In this document: positions 54,984 through 64,000 of the stretch, one piece after another | How positions within the stretch are numbered: position 1 is the stretch's first letter | How the letters are laid out: every line of letters starts with the position of its first letter | Assembly (NCBI GenBank): GCA_963835845.1 | Contig: CAWIGT010000001.1 | Coordinates: forward strand, 324,102 to 388,101 | Direction: 5' to 3' | Length of the DNA stretch: 64,000 nt | Origin: an uncultured Chloroflexia bacterium | GTDB lineage: Bacteria > Chloroflexota > Limnocylindria > Limnocylindrales > CSP1-4 | Translations under genes and position numbers: made by a program | Notes under the pieces: model-generated | The model's input: only the letters and a program-made list of their open reading frames with translations | Databases searched by the model: none | What the model was told of the DNA's origin: nothing

Positions 54984-56591
54984 ATGCTCGGAGTGCAGAG
55001 CCTGGGGCCGATCACCTCTCGCTGCGTTGCCGAGGAAGGGCCGGCGATTTCCGCGGATCCGGCGGCGAGGTGGCGCGGCCGAGAACCCGACGGCGCGCCG
55101 GGCCGTGGGCAGGACAATGTCCCCGGCGGCGACTCGGAAGCGCCTGGGCTGCGCGGCAACATGGCCGCGTGGGCTGGCTCTGCAGCTCCGCGCGAGCCAG
55201 TGGGTCCCGCGCAACGGCCGTCCGAATCCGAGATGGCGCAGGAGCGTGACGCGTGGGTAACGTTGCTGTCGGTCTCGGGATTGGGGCCGGTGAGTTTCGG
55301 CGCACTGCTGGCCGCCTTCGGGTCGGCTCGTGCGGTCCTGGCCGTCGCCTCGGAACCGCGCGGTCCGGATCTGCTCCTGGAGGCTCTGTCAGACGCTGCC
55401 GCCGCGTCGATCGACGCGGACGTCGCCGCGGGAGCGGTGTTCGACGAGTCGGCGGCCGGCGACGCAGGCCTTAACCGAACTGCCCTCGCGACGACCGGCT
55501 CGCCGCGGCGCCCGGCTATCGGGTCGGACCTGGCCGCTCGGATCTGCGAAGCGGCGAATGACGGCGGAGCAGTGGACCAGGTTCGGGCGATGGAACTCGC
55601 GGTCGTGACGCTGGAAGACCAACGCTACCCGGACAGGCTCCGTCGGATCGAGTTGCCCCCACCACTCCTGTTCGTGCGTGGCTCGATCGAGGCTCTGTCG
55701 GCAAGCAACGCGGTCGCCATAGTGGGGACCCGCTGGCCGACCGACAAAGGGCGCCTGATTGCGGGCTGGATCGGTTCGGCCATAGCGCGAACCGGTGCCG
55801 CCGTGGTATCGGGTCTGGCCGTAGGCATCGACGGGGCCGCTCACGCGGCGGTAGTCGGGGAAGGCGGCCGAACGGTCGCGGTCCTCGGCGGCGGCCATGC
55901 CCATCTATTTCCGAAGGCGCACGAGCGCCTCGCCGACGCGATCGTCCAGGCAGGCGGTGCCGTCGTGTCGGAGCTGTCGCCAAACACGAGCCCGAGCCGC
56001 GGAACGTTCCCGCGTCGCAATCGGCTTGTCAGCGGTCTGTCGGACGCAACGGTGGTCGTAGAGGCCGGACGGCGCAGCGGGGCCTTGATCACCGCGGGTT
56101 GGGCACTGGAGCAGGGACGCGAATGCTTCCTCGTACCGGGGCCATTCGACGCTCCGACCAGCGCGGGCTGTCACGCGTTTCTGCGGAGCTACCCGGGTCA
56201 GGCTCGCGTGGTCTCCGGGGTGGTCGAACTGGTCGAGGACCTGGGCCTGGACGCCGGCGTCGCAACGGCCGAGTCGGCCGGCACCGGAGCGCAGACCGCG
56301 GGCGCTGCGGTTGCCAGGCGCGGGCCGCCGTCCTCGCCACCGCACGCCGGTCGGGCTGCAGTGCTGGCCTCGCTCGGGCCCGTCGAGCGGACTCTCGCCG
56401 AAGAGATCGCCACAGGGCCGGCCACCGCAGATCAGCTCGCCGCCAGAACGTCGCTGGCTGGAGCGGCCGTCCTCAGCGCGCTGACGCTCCTTGAGTTGCG
56501 CGGCCTCGTCTCGAGCGCCTATGGCCGCTATTCGCCCGCCGGGCCACTTGCCTGCTGGTCGGGTGGGCGCGGCGGGCCAGGGTCCGCATGA
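54984..56591 (+). CDS. dprA: DNA-processing protein DprA (start uncertain)
   Basis: VAIVGTR, VSGLAVGID, FPRRNRLVSG, VVEAGRRSGALIT, C-terminal winged helix. Confidence 0.92.
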   Translation: MLGVQSLGPITSRCVAEEGPAISADPAARWRGREPDGAPGRGQDNVPGGDSEAPGLRGNMAAWAGSAAPREPVGPAQRPSESEMAQERDAWVTLLSVSGLGPVSFGALLAAFGSARAVLAVASEPRGPDLLLEALSDAAAASIDADVAAGAVFDESAAGDAGLNRTALATTGSPRRPAIGSDLAARICEAANDGGAVDQVRAMELAVVTLEDQRYPDRLRRIELPPPLLFVRGSIEALSASNAVAIVGTRWPTDKGRLIAGWIGSAIARTGAAVVSGLAVGIDGAAHAAVVGEGGRTVAVLGGGHAHLFPKAHERLADAIVQAGGAVVSELSPNTSPSRGTFPRRNRLVSGLSDATVVVEAGRRSGALITAGWALEQGRECFLVPGPFDAPTSAGCHAFLRSYPGQARVVSGVVELVEDLGLDAGVATAESAGTGAQTAGAAVARRGPPSSPPHAGRAAVLASLGPVERTLAEEIATGPATADQLAARTSLAGAAVLSALTLLELRGLVSSAYGRYSPAGPLACWSGGRGGPGSA

Positions 56592-56828
56592 GACCGGGAG
56601 GAGTTTCGGGCCGCGGACGCTCGCCGGGGCCGATGAGACGGACATTCACACCCCTTCACTTTCTCGTCCGGCGGCACCATGCTTGCTCAATACGGGGAGC
56701 CCCACGGCCGATCTCTACAACGACCGGTGTTCCGTGGGGGCCGTGCGGAATGCTCGAGTTGGCCCGGTGCTTGGAGAGGCGGCACACGGGCGAGAAGCTC
56801 GGCGATCGGCCCTCCGCACTGGTCTGGG

Positions 56829-58880
56829 GTGGACTCTATCTTGGCTCGAGATTCAGGGGCTACCGGTTATCGGGCGATCAGGACCCGGTCGAGGCGTTGG
56901 TCCGCCGCGTCTCTCTTGCTCGTGGCGGTTGGAACCGCCGTCTTCGGCACCGGAAGTGTTGCCGGCGCGGCCATCCCGCGGGCTACCAGCGGCAGCGAGG
57001 GCGGCAGAGCGGCGGACACCGATACGACCGGCGCGACCTACTACCCGCTGACGCCCCGACGCGTGCTCGACTCGCGTGACGGCACCGGCGGCCTGGCTGG
57101 CCCGTTCCACTCCCACGTGGCCAGAAGCGTGCAGGTGGTCGGGGCCGCCAGCGGCGTGCCCGCCGGGGCCAGTGCGGTGACCGGCAACCTGACCGTGACC
57201 GGCCAGACGAGCTCGGGCTATCTCTACGTCGGGCCCGACGCGATAAACGACCCGGCCAGTTCGACGCTCAACTTCCCGGCGAGCGACGATCGGGCCAACT
57301 CGGTCACGGTCGCCCTGAGCGCCGCCGGTTCACTCTCGATCACCTACGCCGCCCCGAGCCTCGGCCCGACCGCGCACGTGATCTTCGACCTGACCGGCTA
57401 TTTCAGGCCGCCCGATACGACCGGCGCGACCTACTACCCGCTGACGCCCCGACGCGTGCTCGACTCGCGTGACGGCACCGGCGGCCTGGCTGGCCCGTTC
57501 CACTCCCACGTGGCCAGAAGCGTGCAGGTGGTCGGGGCCGCCAGCGGCGTGCCCGCCGGGGCCAGTGCGGTGACCGGCAACCTGACCGTGACCGGCCAGA
57601 CGAGCTCGGGCTATCTCTACGTCGGGCCCGACGCGATAAACGACCCGGCCAGTTCGACGCTCAACTTCCCGGCGAGCGACGATCGGGCCAACTCGGTCAC
57701 GGTCGCCCTGAGCGCCGCCGGTTCACTCTCGATCACCTACGCCGCCCCGAGCCTCGGCCCGACCGCGCACGTGATCTTCGACCTGACCGGCTATTTCAGG
57801 CCGCCCGATACGACCGGCGCGACCTACTACCCGCTGACGCCCCGACGCGTGCTCGACTCGCGTGACGGCACCGGCGGCCTGGCTGGCCCGTTCCACTCCC
57901 ACGTGGCCAGAAGCGTGCAGGTGGTCGGGGCCGCCAGCGGCGTGCCCGCCGGGGCCAGTGCGGTGACCGGCAACCTGACCGTGACCGGCCAGACGAGCTC
58001 GGGCTATCTCTACGTCGGGCCCGACGCGATAAACGACCCGGCCAGTTCGACGCTCAACTTCCCGGCGAGCGACGATCGGGCCAACTCGGTCACGGTCGCC
58101 CTGAGCGCCGCCGGTTCACTCTCGATCACCTACGCCGCCCCGAGCCTCGGCCCGACCGCGCACGTGATCTTCGACCTGACCGGCTATTTCGTGGGACCGT
58201 TGTATTTCCCGACTAACTGGACGTTCGATGAGTACGACGCCCGGGCGGAGCGCTACCAGGACCCCGACTACACCGCGTGCACCGCGGCAGCGACAGAATC
58301 GATGCTCAACACCATCACGTACGCGGCATCGAGTGCCGGTCTCGTATGGCAGCCGACGATCTCCTACGACGTACAGGAGTCCATCCTCGCCTACGAGCGC
58401 AACCATATGACCATGCTCTCGACTTCGGCAGGAACTGATCCACACGGCTGGCGGAACGCGCTCAACTATTACGGCTGGGGCAGCATGAGCGCGGGGGTGT
58501 ATCGGGACTCGGCCTATTCGTCGTTCGACGCGGCGGCGCGTGCTGCTGTCTCGGCCCTGGCCGTGTACCGCAAGCCAGTGGGAATACTTGCCCTGGCCGG
58601 CGGTCATGCCCAATTCATCACCGGCTACCAGGTCAGCGGCGACGACCCCGCCAGCGGATCCATGGCGTTCACGGTCATCGGCGTCAACCTGACCGACCCG
58701 TATCAGTCTTCGGGCCATCGCGACACGTGGGTTACGAGATCGCAATGGCAATCCGGCACGACGTGGCTTCGGTTCTCTCCGTACCTGGAGACCGACTCGC
58801 CGTATCGTGACCCGATCGACGGGCAGGTCGGCTATGACGAGTGGTACGGGAAGTGGGTAATCCTCGATCCCGTCCGGTAG
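56829..58880 (+). CDS. Secreted protein with three identical beta-rich repeat domains and a C-terminal C39-like cysteine peptidase (start approximate)
   Basis: Signal-peptide-like segment; TPRRVLDSR...VIFDLTGYF domain x3; YQ-x5-C...GHAQFITGY...DP triad. Confidence 0.75.
   Translation: MDSILARDSGATGYRAIRTRSRRWSAASLLLVAVGTAVFGTGSVAGAAIPRATSGSEGGRAADTDTTGATYYPLTPRRVLDSRDGTGGLAGPFHSHVARSVQVVGAASGVPAGASAVTGNLTVTGQTSSGYLYVGPDAINDPASSTLNFPASDDRANSVTVALSAAGSLSITYAAPSLGPTAHVIFDLTGYFRPPDTTGATYYPLTPRRVLDSRDGTGGLAGPFHSHVARSVQVVGAASGVPAGASAVTGNLTVTGQTSSGYLYVGPDAINDPASSTLNFPASDDRANSVTVALSAAGSLSITYAAPSLGPTAHVIFDLTGYFRPPDTTGATYYPLTPRRVLDSRDGTGGLAGPFHSHVARSVQVVGAASGVPAGASAVTGNLTVTGQTSSGYLYVGPDAINDPASSTLNFPASDDRANSVTVALSAAGSLSITYAAPSLGPTAHVIFDLTGYFVGPLYFPTNWTFDEYDARAERYQDPDYTACTAAATESMLNTITYAASSAGLVWQPTISYDVQESILAYERNHMTMLSTSAGTDPHGWRNALNYYGWGSMSAGVYRDSAYSSFDAAARAAVSALAVYRKPVGILALAGGHAQFITGYQVSGDDPASGSMAFTVIGVNLTDPYQSSGHRDTWVTRSQWQSGTTWLRFSPYLETDSPYRDPIDGQVGYDEWYGKWVILDPVR
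57019..58190 (+). repeat. Three apparently identical 393-bp in-frame tandem repeats
   Basis: Units begin GATACGACCGGC at 57021, 57414 and 57807 (131 aa each); no differences seen by eye. Confidence 0.95.
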
Positions 58881-58889
58881 GATCGGATC

Positions 58890-59864
58890 ATGCCCGACCC
58901 GCTCGTCCCCGGCTCGTCTTCCACGCAACCCCGGTCCCGGTCGCTCCGAGCGGCCGCCCACACCTGGTTCCTCGCAATCAGGCCCGCGACCCTTCCTGCC
59001 TCGACGAGCGGCGTGGTCGTAGGCGTGGGTGCGGCGCTGGGTTCCGGTTCGCCCTTCCGCGCAGACACCGCCATAGCCTGTCTCGCCGTGGCGCTGCTGC
59101 TACAGGTTTGCGCCAATCTGGCGAACGACCTGTCCGACTTCCGCCGTGGCGCGGACACGACCGACCGGCTCGGGCCAACCCGTGTCGCGGCGACGGGCCT
59201 GGTGTCGGAACGTCAGCTCGAGACCGCCATCGGCCTGACGCTCGCCGCCGCCGCGGTCGTCGGCGGCTGGCTGGCGCTGGTAGGCGGCCCGGTCCTGGTG
59301 GGTTTCGGGATCGCGGCGGCCGTGGCGGCTCTGGCCTACACCGGCGGACCGTTGCCCTACGGCTATCGAGGCCTGGGTGAGGTCTTCGTCTTCGCGTTCT
59401 TCGGGCTCGTGGCCGTGGTCGGGACCGCCTACCTCCAGTCCGGCCACTTCGAGCCGCTGTATGTCGCCGCTGCGGTCCCGATCGGTGCCCTTACAACGGC
59501 GATCCTGGTCGTGAACAACCTCCGCGATGTCTCCACGGATCGGGCCGCCAGGAAGCGAACGCTGGCGGTGATGCTGGGGGAGACGTTCGCCCGCGCCGAA
59601 TATGTCGCCTGCTTCCTGGCCGCCGGGGTCGTGCCGATAGGTCTGGTTGCGGCCGGGCTGTGGCGTGCGGGCGTCGATGTGGGGCCCTTGACCCTGGCGC
59701 CACTGGCGACCCTTCCATTCGCGCTGCGGCTGATCGGGACCGTCCTGGACCATGGCGATCCGCGCCGGCTCAATAAGACTCTGCGCGGCACGGCCAGGCT
59801 GACGTTGCTCTTCGCGGTCCTCTTTGCGGGCGGCATGGCTGCCGGCCGGTGGCCTTCGCCGTGA
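58890..59864 (+). CDS. menA: 1,4-dihydroxy-2-naphthoate prenyltransferase
   Basis: RPATL, NLANDLSDFRRGAD, YTGGP-PYGY-GLGE, NNLRD...D...KRTL. Confidence 0.95.
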   Translation: MPDPLVPGSSSTQPRSRSLRAAAHTWFLAIRPATLPASTSGVVVGVGAALGSGSPFRADTAIACLAVALLLQVCANLANDLSDFRRGADTTDRLGPTRVAATGLVSERQLETAIGLTLAAAAVVGGWLALVGGPVLVGFGIAAAVAALAYTGGPLPYGYRGLGEVFVFAFFGLVAVVGTAYLQSGHFEPLYVAAAVPIGALTTAILVVNNLRDVSTDRAARKRTLAVMLGETFARAEYVACFLAAGVVPIGLVAAGLWRAGVDVGPLTLAPLATLPFALRLIGTVLDHGDPRRLNKTLRGTARLTLLFAVLFAGGMAAGRWPSP

Positions 59865-60026
59865 TCCTCAGGTTCCGCAGAATCGGTGCGGGGGAGGGCG
59901 CCACGGCCGAGGCGTCTGCCTCGACGGTCGTCTGACCCGATTTGCCTGATCTTTCGGGACGGTGGTAGGCTGGCCCACAGACGCCAACCGGGACTGCGCT
60001 CCCGTCGCAAAACAGGAGACAACCGA

Positions 60027-61661
60027 GTGCGGAAGATAGCGGCCGCTGCTGTGGCCATCCCGTTCCTTGCCTTCCTCACTGCAACGTCCTTGATTCGGCG
60101 GATCTCGCCAAGAAGCCTCCTTAGAGCCGGAACACCACAACTGATCATCATGGTCGGGGCGGTTGCTCTCCTCGTCGCGGGATTGCTCGTGGGGCTGCCG
60201 GCCAAGCAGGTGGCCGGTGTGGCCGCGCCGACGTTCGCCCCTCTCGCGCCCCAGGCGGACGCACATCGGTCGGAAAGCAACCTGCCGCTCGATGTGCCGT
60301 TCCAGGTGCAGTTCACCAAGCCGATGAACGAAGCATCCGTGCAGAACGCGATGACGATCACGCCTCAGATCAACGTGCGGTTCCAGTGGGACGCGACGGC
60401 CCAGGTTCTGGCCCTGGCGCCGGATCCACACTGGGAGCCCTACACCAACTACGCGGTCGACATCACCGGGGCGGCCTCCGATCAGGAAGGCCTCGGTCTG
60501 GCCAGCGAGATCCACACCTCGTTCCAGTCGGGTTCGCCCACCGCCGGCACGCTCGTGGCAACTGAGGTGAACGACGGTCTGGCGTCGCCCGCGACTGCGT
60601 TCCAGTTGACCTTTACGAGGCCGGTGAAGCTCGCGACGGTGGTCACGCGGCTGGGCATCAGCCCGACAATTCCGGTCGACATCGCCGGGGACGACCCGAC
60701 GGACCTGGCGTCGCAAGTGTTCACGGTGACCCCCAAGTCGCAGCTGGCATCGAACACCACCTACCAGGTCAGCATGGCCGACGGCGGCACCGACGCCGCA
60801 GGTGCGGCCCTGCAGCCGGTCGCGCCGCTCCAGGTTCAGACCATGATCGCTCCTGAGGTGGTGCGGTTCAGGCCGCAGGATGGCTCCGTGACCTACGACA
60901 CAAACCAACCGGTGTCGGTTCGGTTCACCACCGCCATGGACGAGAAGTCCGCCGCCGCCGCGTTCTCGGTCACAGTCAACGGCCGGGCGGTCTCGGGTAG
61001 CACCTACTGGGCCGAGAACGACACTGTGCTGGTGCTGACTCCACGCTACTCGTTCGCGGTTGGCGCCACGGTGGTCGCTCGCGTCAGCACGGCCGCGAAG
61101 GCCGCCGGTGGGTTGCATCTGGCCAAGGCCTACAGCGCCACTTTTTCCGTAAAGAAGCCGATGGCGACGACTATTTCCTTCGGTACAGGGGCCAGCAAGA
61201 GTTCGCCCTGGTACGCGTCCGAGGTCTACTACCTGGCGCTCATGAACTGCACCCGAACGGGCGGTTGGGTCACCTCGAGCGGGGCCTGCAGTTCGGTGAC
61301 GCACCACACGCTGCCCGCCCAGGGCAGGCTAACCCTCAACGCCAACATCTCGAACAAGGTGTCGAGGCCGTACGCCGAGTACATGGCGGACAACCGCCTC
61401 CTCGACCACTATCTGCGGGGCACCAACCCCCATTCGAGGCTGTGCGCTGCCGGCTATTGCGGCGGATCGTGGGGCGAGAACATCGCCTCGCCCGGCTCCT
61501 ATGGGAAGGGCGGGATGATCGATGTCGAGATCTTCTATCAGAACGAATACTGGTGTCGCTGCGAGCACTACTACAACATCATGAATCCCTACTTCCACCA
61601 GGTCGGGATCGGCGTCTGGTTCTCCAACAGCGTCCGGGTTTCGATCGACTTCTACGGCTGA
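60027..61661 (+). CDS. Surface protein with three Ig-like (Big_5-type) domains and a C-terminal CAP/SCP domain
   Basis: N-terminal hydrophobic helices; repeated F(T/S)xPM-type beta domains; WGENIA, HYYNIMNP, VGIG; AGGAG SD. Confidence 0.82.
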   Translation: MRKIAAAAVAIPFLAFLTATSLIRRISPRSLLRAGTPQLIIMVGAVALLVAGLLVGLPAKQVAGVAAPTFAPLAPQADAHRSESNLPLDVPFQVQFTKPMNEASVQNAMTITPQINVRFQWDATAQVLALAPDPHWEPYTNYAVDITGAASDQEGLGLASEIHTSFQSGSPTAGTLVATEVNDGLASPATAFQLTFTRPVKLATVVTRLGISPTIPVDIAGDDPTDLASQVFTVTPKSQLASNTTYQVSMADGGTDAAGAALQPVAPLQVQTMIAPEVVRFRPQDGSVTYDTNQPVSVRFTTAMDEKSAAAAFSVTVNGRAVSGSTYWAENDTVLVLTPRYSFAVGATVVARVSTAAKAAGGLHLAKAYSATFSVKKPMATTISFGTGASKSSPWYASEVYYLALMNCTRTGGWVTSSGACSSVTHHTLPAQGRLTLNANISNKVSRPYAEYMADNRLLDHYLRGTNPHSRLCAAGYCGGSWGENIASPGSYGKGGMIDVEIFYQNEYWCRCEHYYNIMNPYFHQVGIGVWFSNSVRVSIDFYG

Positions 61662-61787
61662 TCGACTTCTGCCGCTATTAGTACCGACCGTTTCGGCCCG
61701 AGCGGGGAATGTCTGCGATCGCGGCCGCCGCGTAACGTTGCCATGTACTGAGGGTCCCGTTCCCTCCGCCGTGTAGGTAGGCCTGCC

Positions 61788-62243
61788 GTGCTCCGCGACG
61801 TCGTCGTCCACATCAACAACGAGCAGCCCATCATGGTCGATCTGCTGGCCATGCCGAGCGCGCTGGATATCGCCCTGATCTGCCAGAACGTTCGGACCAT
61901 GGCCGGCAAGAAGCCGGTCTTCGTGGACAAGATGGACTCAACGTTCGTGCTTCCGCTGGCGCATGTCCGGTTCATCGAGATGCCCAAGCTGTCACTCGAC
62001 GCCTTCGAGACCGAGACCGGGACTGCCGAGCGGGCGTCGACTAGACCCGACGAGGACGCTTACGCGGCGGGACCCCTGGCGAGGCTGGCCTGGTTGGCTA
62101 GCGGCGAGGCAGCGCCGGCCGGGACCGAGGACGGCGACGCGGGAACCAACCGGGATCCTGACGATAGCGGCATGGATTCAGCGGCTCAGGCCGATCCGGA
62201 CGGTCTCGACATCGACCTCCTGCGGCGCATCCGCGAGGCCTGA
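61788..62243 (+). CDS. Conserved hypothetical protein
   Basis: Beta-rich N-terminal 65 aa, acidic linker, C-terminal LLRRIRE helix. Confidence 0.75.
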   Translation: MLRDVVVHINNEQPIMVDLLAMPSALDIALICQNVRTMAGKKPVFVDKMDSTFVLPLAHVRFIEMPKLSLDAFETETGTAERASTRPDEDAYAAGPLARLAWLASGEAAPAGTEDGDAGTNRDPDDSGMDSAAQADPDGLDIDLLRRIREA

Positions 62244-62406
62244 TCAGGGTCCGGCCAGCCTCGAGGCCGCAGCCGCCACGACCGCCCGCCGCACCGAGCA
62301 GCGCCTCCTCCTCGCCTCGGACGCACGAGTGGCCGCGCTCGTCGCCGGCCCCCGGATCCGGGGCGCGAAAACGGCGTGGTGAGTTCCTGATGCTAGACTC
62401 CCGCGG

Positions 62407-64000
62407 ATGAGCGGCAACCTTGTCATCGTCGAGTCGCCTGCCAAGGCGAAGACGATCGAACGTTATCTGGGCCCGGGCTACACCGTGCTCGCCTCGTACG
62501 GCCACGTCCGGGACCTGCCCGAGAATCCGGGCAAGAACCAGCTGGGCGTGGACGTGGAGCACGACTTCGCGCCCGTCTACGAGGTCGTCGCCGATCGCAA
62601 GAAGCAGCTTGCGGCAATCCAGAAAGCGGCCTGCGAAGGCCGACCTCGTCTACCTGGCCACAGACCTCGACCGCGAGGGAGAGGCGATCGCCTGGCACGT
62701 GGCCGAGGCCGCTCACCTGGCTGCGGCACGAACGCGCCGCGTGACGTTCTCCGAGATCACCGAGTCGGCGATCCAGAACGCGTTCGCGGCGCCGCGTCCA
62801 TCGACCTGAACCTGGTCGACGCCCAGCAGGCTCGCCGCGTCGTCGACCGGCTCGTCGGCTACACCCTGAGCCCGCTCCTGTGGCGGAAGGTTCGCGCCGG
62901 CTTGTCGGCCGGCCGCGTCCAGTCGGTCGCCGTCCGCCTCGTCGTCGATCGCGAGCGGGAGATCCGCGCGTTCACGGCCCGCGAGTACTGGACCCTCAAG
63001 GCCGTCCTTGTCGCTCCGAACGGCGACGACGTTCGAGGCGGACCTCGTCCGAATCGACGGACAAGAAGCCGGAGATCGGCGACGGGGAGACGGCCGACCG
63101 CCACGCCGACGGCCATCCGGGCCAGCCGGCCGGTCGTCACGGACGTGTCGATCAAGCAGATCAACCGCAACGCCCGCGCCGCCCTTCACGACGTCGAGCC
63201 TCCAGCAGGAGGCCAGCCGCAAGCTCGGCTTCTCGCCGAAGCGGACGATGAGCGCCGCGCAGCGGCTCTACGAAGGCATCGAGACCGACGAGGGCCAGGT
63301 CGGCCTGATCACCTACATGCGAACCGACTCGGTGGCGCTGTCCAGCCAGGCCATGGCCGAGGCGGCGCGCGTCATCGAGACGCGCTTCGGCAAGGAATAC
63401 ACGACGCCCAAGGGCCGGACGTTCAAGACCAAGACGCGCAACGCCCAGGAGGCCCACGAGGCCATCCGGCCGACGTCTTTCGGGCGAGACCCCGAATGCC
63501 CTGGCCAAGCGTCTGGGCAACGACGAGGCGCGCCTGTACCGCCTGATCTGGCAGCGGGCGATCGCGAGCCAGATGGCGACGAAGGAGCAGGAGACTACGA
63601 GCGTCGATCTGCGGCGGTCGATGCCAGCGGCGCGGCCAACGGCTACGAGCTGCGGGCCAACGCGACCCGGACCACCTTCGACGGCTTCTCACGCGTCTAC
63701 ACCGAAGGCCAGGACGACGCCGAAGAGGAAGCCGAGTGCCGCCTCCCGGCGCTGGCGAAGGGCGATGCCGCCGGCGGTGGAGTCCGTCGAGCCGCTCCAG
63801 CATTTCACCGAGCCGCCGCCGCGATATACGGAGGCGAGCCTGATCAAGGCCCTCGAGGAGCACGGCATCGGCCGGCCCGTCGACCTATGCCGCGACGATC
63901 TCGACGATCCTGGATCGCGGCTACGTCAAGGTCCAGGAGCGGCGGCTGCATCCGGAAGCCGGTCGGCGAGGTCGTCACGGACCTGCTCGTCGGCCACTTC
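62407..64000 (+). CDS. topA: DNA topoisomerase I (frameshifts; truncated by window end)
   Basis: [56 protein letters not shown]. Confidence 0.96.

Noticed and set aside
57019-58190. CRISPR array or mobile-element repeats
   Set aside because: Contiguous 393-bp in-frame coding units, no spacers, no cas genes

Overview
High-GC bacterial core chromosome. The gene content and protein styles suggest Chloroflexota, possibly a Limnocylindria-like lineage (inference only). It holds about 53 CDS and one tRNA(CAT). Gene content in order: zinc-ribbon/HTH cluster, moxR-DUF58-transglutaminase, a non-canonical serine operon, vapBC, rarA, a PAS hybrid kinase, a UvrD-PD(D/E)xK helicase-nuclease, two orphan CpaE-like proteins, murI, ychF, an MrfAB-like repair pair with a putative LexA box, ftsH, a stand-alone DnaB C-terminal ATPase, ppa, thpR, trpB2, tyrA, ECF sigma-nfeD-SPFH, comM-dprA, two modular surface proteins, menA and topA (runs off the end). 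I saw no integrase, transposase, prophage or CRISPR array. Many conserved genes carry frameshifts that look like consensus artefacts (two alternative third-position bases both inserted), not pseudogenes. Best novelty candidates: (1) an ECF sigma factor coupled to a protein that fuses an anti-sigma-like N-terminus to a full NfeD membrane protease, followed by a stomatin gene; (2) a roughly 185-210 nt rod-shaped 6S-like RNA downstream of rarA; (3) a multi-hairpin intergenic RNA with GGA-rich or anti-SD loops next to a leaderless Zn-ribbon protein with periodic RR motifs; (4) pervasive leaderless promoters.
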